A stretch of 64,000 nucleotides of DNA, taken from Paragordius varius (taxonomy: Eukaryota; Animalia; Nematomorpha). Position numbers and translations under genes: made by a program. The notes beneath the pieces were generated by a model. That model was not told the DNA's origin. It worked only from the letters and a program-made list of their open reading frames with translations, and did not search any database. Positions 43,741-64,000 of this stretch are shown in pieces. The stretch lies in assembly GCA_964247055.1 (NCBI GenBank), contig OZ176056.1, positions 744,001 through 808,000 on the forward strand. The letters are read 5' to 3'. Positions within the stretch are counted from its first letter, which is position 1; each line of letters opens with the position of its first letter.

Positions 43741-44239
43741 CACCGATTTTCAAAACAAGATAAGGTTGTAGGGTTGTATTCTATTTGTGTGTTATTATTT
43801 AAAAAACATTAACTTTAATAAAATGATTGTTGCTTAAATTATATATGCTCATGTTTTAATCATTTTGTACAATAACGAGAAAAAGCTATTTCACAAATAT
43901 TAATATTACAAACACAACATGGAAGAATTGAAAAATATTTTTTTAAAAGACTACTCTACTTATTCATAAATTATGATTCCCATAATTATAAAAATAAGCT
44001 AAACCAATTTACATCTCTAATCCCCTTTTCACAACCCAAAGAGTTAAATAAAAAAAACAAAAAAAGAAATGGTTATTTTTAATTTTTGCATGTTGTCTGT
44101 GTAAGTTAAATTACTGTAAGTTTCATACAAAAATTAGCGAAAATTTGAAAATATTAAAGATAATAACTTATAAGAAAATCGACTTTTTATAGGATATCCA
44201 CCTAGTGTGTAGGTCTCATATTTCTTCAAACCAATCTAA

Positions 44240-44405
44240 GTTTTGATATAAACCGACCTCCACAATCTGCTTGCAATTTACTTGTATAAGACAACCTTAA
44301 ACATCAATCTTGTTACTGAAAAATGGCGACTTTGGTAATCAGTGGATGTAAAACACAATAATACGATAATCTGCGTAGACCGTTACAGTAAAATCAAGTT
44401 AGATT
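44240..44405. repeat. Diverged solo satellite monomer, inverted relative to the array
   Basis: The + strand TCTTGTTACTGAAAAATGGCGACTTTGGTAATCAGTGGATGTAAAACACAATAATACGATAATCTGCGTAGACCGTTACAGTAAAATCAAGTTAG aligns by eye to the reverse complement of the monomer (TCTTGTTACTGAATTGGGGCTTCGGTGATGAGTGGATGTACACAATAATACCTTAATCTGTTTAGTCCTTTACAGTAAACTCAAGTTAG). Confidence 0.85.
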
Positions 44406-44804
44406 CCTATCCGTAGGTTAGTGATAATAAATAAATTGATATTGATTAATGTATTACAACAAGTCATCTCCTAATATTTCTCAATTCAAACTGGGGTCCA
44501 TAAAATAAATCACGGGTAGATATTGAAACATCGGAGAGGGATCTTTTAGCAACAAAAGCGTAATGTAGAATATTAAGCAAATAAAACCCCAACATATTCG
44601 ATTAGGTATATATTTATATCTATTAGCCATAATAACTAAAATTTATTTGTAATTTCCAGGATATACTATAGATAGATCATCAAAAAAGGTTAGGTTAATC
44701 TGTAAATGTATTAATCAAACATATCACATCGTAGTTTAAACCACCGCCCGATAACCCATATTTATTTTATTTATATAATAGTTTTTTTTGATATAGTTTC
44801 ATGA

Positions 44805-46764
44805 TTAGCAGTGATTCGTTTGAACATAAACGCGATGGGAACTTGCTTCTGTGGATGCGGCATCTTGATCTATAAAGATTGGTCTAACCACAATCTCGTA
44901 TTCCGTATTGGGCGAAACATATGCGAAGCGATAATTATCAGAAACCGCCTAAAAAAAGAAATGCACACATTAGTTTTTATACAAATACATACATATTTTT
45001 GGGTCGTACGAATATATATATATATATATATATATATAAGAGAAATTGATGTAATACAGTAAAAATTGATTTATATACAGACAGAACATCTTCAAAATTT
45101 TTACAGTAAAAATTGAAATTATAGAGAGAAACAGTAAAAATTATATAAAGACATATTCTTTTTCAAGATAATCATACTATAAACCATTTAAAGAAATTAT
45201 TTTATTACAATTGGAAAATAACATAATTAATCGTATTACCAAAATACATTTTTTCATACTTTAAAATTCCAAACTATGAATAATATTTAAAAATACGTTT
45301 AATAAATTACAGCAGACTTTAAAAAAATATTGTCTTTATATTTTCACGTTCGTCCGTATAATTTCATGATTTACTGTAAAAAAGGCAAAATTATATAATA
45401 TAAATTTAGACAACTAGTTATAAAACGTACTCGTCTGCCTTTATATTATGATTCAAATATGACTCCTGTTAACCACACATACATTGTCATAAAAACTTAT
45501 ATTTCGTCGTTTAAAACCGAAAATATTTATAGTTTCAGATTTTGGGTAAAAAAGCTTGTCATAAATTTAAAATTATAAAAATTTATCAAAAATATACCGA
45601 AATAAATCCTCTTCTAGCAGGTAAATCTTTCCCCGGGCTACTCAAAAAAATGTCTAGGCCACGGATGTCTTTTGCTTTTTCAGGATAATTAATTAAGGGG
45701 TTGGCAAGAAAAACTAATAAATCTAGAGAATTTGTATTTCCAGCGGTTGTGCCATTTATTAGGGACACGCCTTTTATTTTGACCACCCACCTGGACAAAT
45801 CTATAACGTTAAAAGAATGAAATATAGACGTAAGATTACAAAGTTTAATGTATATTACCTTCTTGATTAAGAACATATTGTCCTGCATTGTTAAGACTAA
45901 CTACACCATATATCATAAATAAATTTAATATTAAATCTCATGATCAAATACACATGGCGAGTTTTTCAATAATTTTTGCCAGAGAGCATATAAGGCAAAG
46001 GGCAATATAATTGGCCTATCGTAATTTTTTTAGGCTTTTAATTAATGTTATTCGCTAAGAATAGACAACATTAAATTAAAAAACTAGCCATGTTTATTAT
46101 TTATTTACACTGTATAAGAAAGTATTTTAAAAATAGGATATAAACTACCCTAGCTTGATAAATGGTTTCCCTAGTCTAACTTTAAATACATTCATTACCT
46201 GATATGCGTTTAAAAGCTGAATATGCTCCGATAAGCGGTAGATTTTCATAAGCAGGTGTAACCTTAACCAAATACTCGGTGGACAAAGTGAGTCCCTTGA
46301 TTTCGAATTGAGTTTGCTAATACAAAAATTTTTTAAATTAAACGGCCCAAAATTTATTAGTTTAATTTAGAGCTTATTATTACTTGTCCTATGGTACCGG
46401 ATTTAAGGGCATCGCCTTCATAAAGATGAGATGAGTTATAATAAGCATAAATGTAATAATTGTATCTGCTAAACCCTTCAAGATTTCTAGGATCCTGGAA
46501 AAAGACCAACATAGTGTAAGTATTTAGGCCTGGGTTGACTGACAAAATGCACATATCTAACATCTGAATACCCTTTTCGGATGTCTCAAACAAACTACAT
46601 TTCTTTTCCAAATCTATTTTTAAACAAGTAAAATTAATTTATTACCATAACATTTTTCACTCATTTTTAAACACCATAATTATAAAATATTTTATTTTAC
46701 TTGATTGAGTTAGACATTGGCCTGATATAATGCTAAGAATAAGAAAAATAGCAGCTAGATACAT
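44805..46764 (-). CDS. Secreted 252-aa protein with two fibronectin type III-like domains (5 exons)
   Basis: Exons 46764-46701, 46613-46384, 46316-46199, 45800-45598 and 44948-44805. All introns are GT-AG, phases are 1,0,1,0, and the total is 759 nt with no internal stop. Signal peptide MYLAAIFLILSIISGQCLTQ. FN3 C-terminal halves FEIKGLTLSTEYLVKVTPAY..GAYS and YRFAYVSPNTEYEIVVRP. Phase-1 introns sit at domain borders. AATAAA lies ~40 nt after the stop (44761-44766). Confidence 0.8.
45057..45376. mobile_element. MITE family A copy inside the last FN3-gene intron
   Basis: TA|CAGTAAAAATTGA ... GATTTACTG|TA, with a duplicated left end. Confidence 0.55.
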
Positions 46765-48873
46765 TGTTTTGGGGCGTAGGATGTAATTTGTCCGTAAAAA
46801 GTTTTTTTTAAAAAAAATTAAAAAAATTTAAAATAAAAATAAAATCGAAAATACCCCAATGTATATACTAACTCTATATTAAATAAATATAAAAGACTCC
46901 TACTTCCGCATTTGGCCTGTTGTCAATTACTAAATCACATATAATTATAATTGAATGTAAAAATTCAAATATTTATTTTAACACCACTCCTGACCGGTGT
47001 TAAACATTAAATATTATCAATCAATCACTAATTTAGTTAAAAAATTTCTATATTGAAAATTTGATTTTTTTATTTACATATAAGGCAACTAACTATTAAT
47101 AAGGCAACTGAAAAATTAACACACACTGTCAAGGTCACAACCAATGTTAGATATGTCGCAATACAAACAAATCTATTTTGTTTCACTAATTTTAATGAAA
47201 TTAGGTATATAAGTTTTATTTAAAGAGTTTTAGTATATTTAATTAGTCATGTGCCCATGTCTCGTTGTATTGAAAATTATTATAAAGGTAAAAATAAAAT
47301 GAGTGTTTCGAATTTTTTTTGGATTTTGAAAAAAAGCATATATATAAAATATATTAATTTATGGTTTTATACAACATTATTTTTGCAAAAATTCAGTTAA
47401 GACCTACTTTAAATCATTTGACGATTTATTGCATAGGAAGAGCTGGAAAATGAATAGCAAAAAACTCACAAGAGTTAAGATCTGACTTTTAAATTAATGT
47501 TTGAAAAAATGGAATCTCTTATCTTTATATTTTATTTCGATTTCTTTTATTCTATAAAGATTATTTATTTTTAGCAGATATAGTTTATTCTATGACTTTG
47601 GCTTTTATGTCTAAGATGACGTGCGTGTGTGTAGCTTTATATTCCAAACCTCAATCTGGTAACTGAACTATTGTTTTAAAAGATAATTTAGTTAAAATTT
47701 AAATATTAACCATTTTTTTGTATTTGTGTATAAGGCTAATTAAAGTTTTTAATGACAGCTCCAAACACGATTGAGTTAAACAGCTGAAAATCAATAAATA
47801 TCAAGTTTTTGCTGGTAAAACCTGAAAGCTTACTAAAATAGAATTATATGCCTATTATTATAATAGCGATTTAAATTAAACTTGAAGAAAAAATGGCGGA
47901 AGCGGGGCCGGTAAATTTGAACATTTTAATTTTTTTTAAAAAAAATTTGTATTATGTGCTTAAAAGGCAAAAAAGTATATTTTTAAATTCCGCTCAGTAC
48001 CTTAAATACTTTCATATTCAATACCAAATCGCTCTAAATATATAACTAAAGGTCATTAAGTGTTAATACTCTAATTTTGAAATCAAATATTTAAACACTG
48101 AAAGAATAAATGTTTAATAGGCTTTATAAACATTTTAAAATTTGTTGTTTTTTTATATTGAAAAACCTTACACACATTAAAACGCTTTAACCGAATTTAA
48201 AAATAATACGGTGGTTTTCTTTTTCTTCCCATTTAATCTGAAATAAGACTGCTATTTTCCAATGCAGCTTTGAACAAAAATATTTAAGGACTATAAATTT
48301 GTGTCATATAAGTAAAAGAATTTGATTTAATACCCAAAGAAAATCATATAAGCTATTGCTTACTAATTCGTAAATCCTGATTTAAATCGTTTTTTTTGTA
48401 AAATGTATGTATAGAATGCTCAGAGTCACCAACCCAATCATAAAAATATAATAGCTTTAAAATTTTTCATATCTCCATAAAAACATTTCAAGATCAACTT
48501 TGTATGTTAAATTACACACAAATAAATTTTGTGTTTTTTGGTTTAACCTAACTCATTATCATGAAAATGGCAATGTATTGTTTTATTCTAATTTTTAACA
48601 AGGTTTTATCAAATGTTTTAAAAAATATGTTTTAAAACATAATTTATTTTTTGACATTAAAATAATGTTGAAGGAACTATTTGAAAAGTCGCGTAAATAA
48701 TGTGTAAATGGTGTATAAACAACCAAAAAAGGTTAAGATGTATGAAAAAAAACCAAATTTGTCCTTGATTTTACCTTTTCGTAGAAAATCAAATATATAT
48801 AAAAAGTGTGTTGGCAATTTACATTTGTGTTTATTCCCTTTGCTACCAAAAATAATAAGGTTTATTTTAAAAC

Positions 48874-49949
48874 GGGGGTGTCCAACACGCGCGGCCCAGC
48901 CCGCAAAAAATTTGGAAACCAAATATTTTCACTAAAATATGTGCTAAAAAACTCAGCTTGTGCATTTTATTGTTGGTTAAGTAAATTTATAGCGTAATAG
49001 GAATAAATTTAAATGTTAACATAAATTGCTATAATATTCTCAAAATTTAACATTACAAAATATCCAAATTAAATTAAGCTGTAAATTCTTACGTTATGTG
49101 CAATATGTGATTGAGTAGCAGAATTTTTCACATTTAATAAACTCTTTTATTTGACTGGCTATAAATTTACTTAATAGACATATGCATACTGTATTTTTGA
49201 ATAATTGCATTTTGAAGTCTTAATGAAATCTATTAAATTATTTATGAATGCTCCTACATTTTAGAGTATGGCCCACAAAAGACCATTTATGTTGGTCATC
49301 CAAGTTTTAAAACGCCATAATTTGAAAATATTATTAAACTTTTGTCCTGTATTTAATTTAATTTTTTACTGAAAATTGTATTAGCGCAGTTTCATGTATC
49401 CTTTATTTTTTTAATTTATTCATTAAATGGGTATAAATATTTGGTAAAGAATGGAAAAAACAAGAGCTCTATGGAAATTCTTATACTCTTTTAATGAATA
49501 TGATATTGTTAATACCATAGAGCTCTTGTTTTTTCCATTCTTTACCAAATATTTGTACACATTTAACGAAAAAAAATAAATTTTGTATAGATGACTGTAA
49601 AACAAAAAAGGACATTATAAATATAATTTATTTGCATAGTTTGATATACAAGCAAATGTCTCTTGTGTGAAACAAAAAATATATGAAAATCACAAAATTT
49701 ATTGCACAAAAATGTTAGTTGATGTGATAATCTTTCTGGAATTTTGAATATTTTCAAGCAAAGAGATGGAAATACTAAAACAGATTGATTGCATTGAATG
49801 TGCTTCTTTATGACACATTTTATAATTTTTTCCTGTTAACAGACCTAAACAAAGATGCATTAAAACATATATATATATGACAAAGTATTTTTTTAAAACT
49901 ATTTTTTTAATTTAACATAACTACTAATTGGTTTAAATGGCAAAATAAG

Positions 49950-49986
<37 letters not shown>

Positions 49987-50600
49987 CAAAAATATTATTA
50001 TGTATTATACAATTGTATAATTTAATAATTGATTTAAGAAAAATTAAGGTTAAAAAGCATGACTTTCTTATGAAGACAAATATTTAACTTTAAGTCATTT
50101 ACGTTTTGCCTGTATAATTTCAATTTTTAATGGATTATATATTACTTTTTAAGGAATACTTACTCTTAATGATAAATATTATGATCTTCTTTCTAAAATT
50201 AATTAGAAAATACTCGAAAAGACTCTATATTTGTTTGATCGGAATTTTATATATATATATAAGAAATTAGAATAAATCAAATATATATCGATTAAAAATT
50301 GGATCCCATTTGATAATATTTTTCCATAAATTTTTTTATTAATTTTCATTAAAGCGGCCATATTTTGCGCGGCCCGCGAATAAGGATATCCATAAGCAAA
50401 ATATGAATTAATTTATTATATTTCATATATAATACATTAAAATACAAACACAAATACAATATTTCCTATAATATCCAACAATTGGCAACAAACTAGAAAA
50501 AATCGTTATATTGTTTGCATTTTACAGTCTTAAATAAAATAAATTAATCAATATTCCCATATACATTTCAAATGAGGCCCGCGAAGCCATTAACCTTAAA
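48874..50600 (+). mobile_element. Decayed Charlie-like hAT element
   Basis: Starts with GGGGGTGTCCAACACGCGCGGCCC, has GCGGCCCGCG motifs at ~50368 and ~50576, and a broken reading resembling a hAT C-terminus (KYPN..., QYVIE*QNFS) at ~49060-49130. Boundaries are uncertain. Confidence 0.3.
49424..49565. repeat. Near-perfect inverted repeat (51-bp arms, 40-nt loop)
   Basis: 49424-49474 versus 49515-49565, with 2 mismatches. Confidence 0.9.
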
Positions 50601-50611
50601 CATGCCCAAAG

Positions 50612-63966
<13,355 letters not shown>

Positions 63967-64000
63967 CTAAAAAATTGACAAATATTAGAAATTTAAATAA

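Overview
Very AT-rich, intron-containing eukaryotic DNA, most likely from an animal (it encodes a GRK4/5/6-type kinase and uses canonical GT-AG introns). The species cannot be determined from the sequence alone. 1-17 kb: transposon-rich intergenic DNA with a non-autonomous Helitron family (including an inverted/tandem cluster at 7.0-10.0 kb), several MITE families, a hAT transposase relic and (TA)n tracts. 17.0-43.7 kb: a homogeneous 167-bp tandem satellite (~160 monomers) with nested higher-order repeats; it accounts for all the 62-64 aa ORFs, which are not genes. A diverged inverted solo monomer lies just outside the array. 44.8-46.8 kb (- strand): a complete 5-exon gene for a 252-aa secreted protein with two FN3-like domains. 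50.6-64 kb (- strand): 13 reconstructed exons of a GRK4/5/6-family kinase whose 5' part lies beyond the window, with two ~100-aa low-complexity insertions inside the kinase domain. The most unusual element is in the GRK intron before the P-loop exon: ~14 tandem copies of that exon's own splice acceptor plus its first 50-60 coding nt, 12 of which keep the AG. All exon models were built by eye from splice sites, phase and family motifs; none is confirmed by RNA data.
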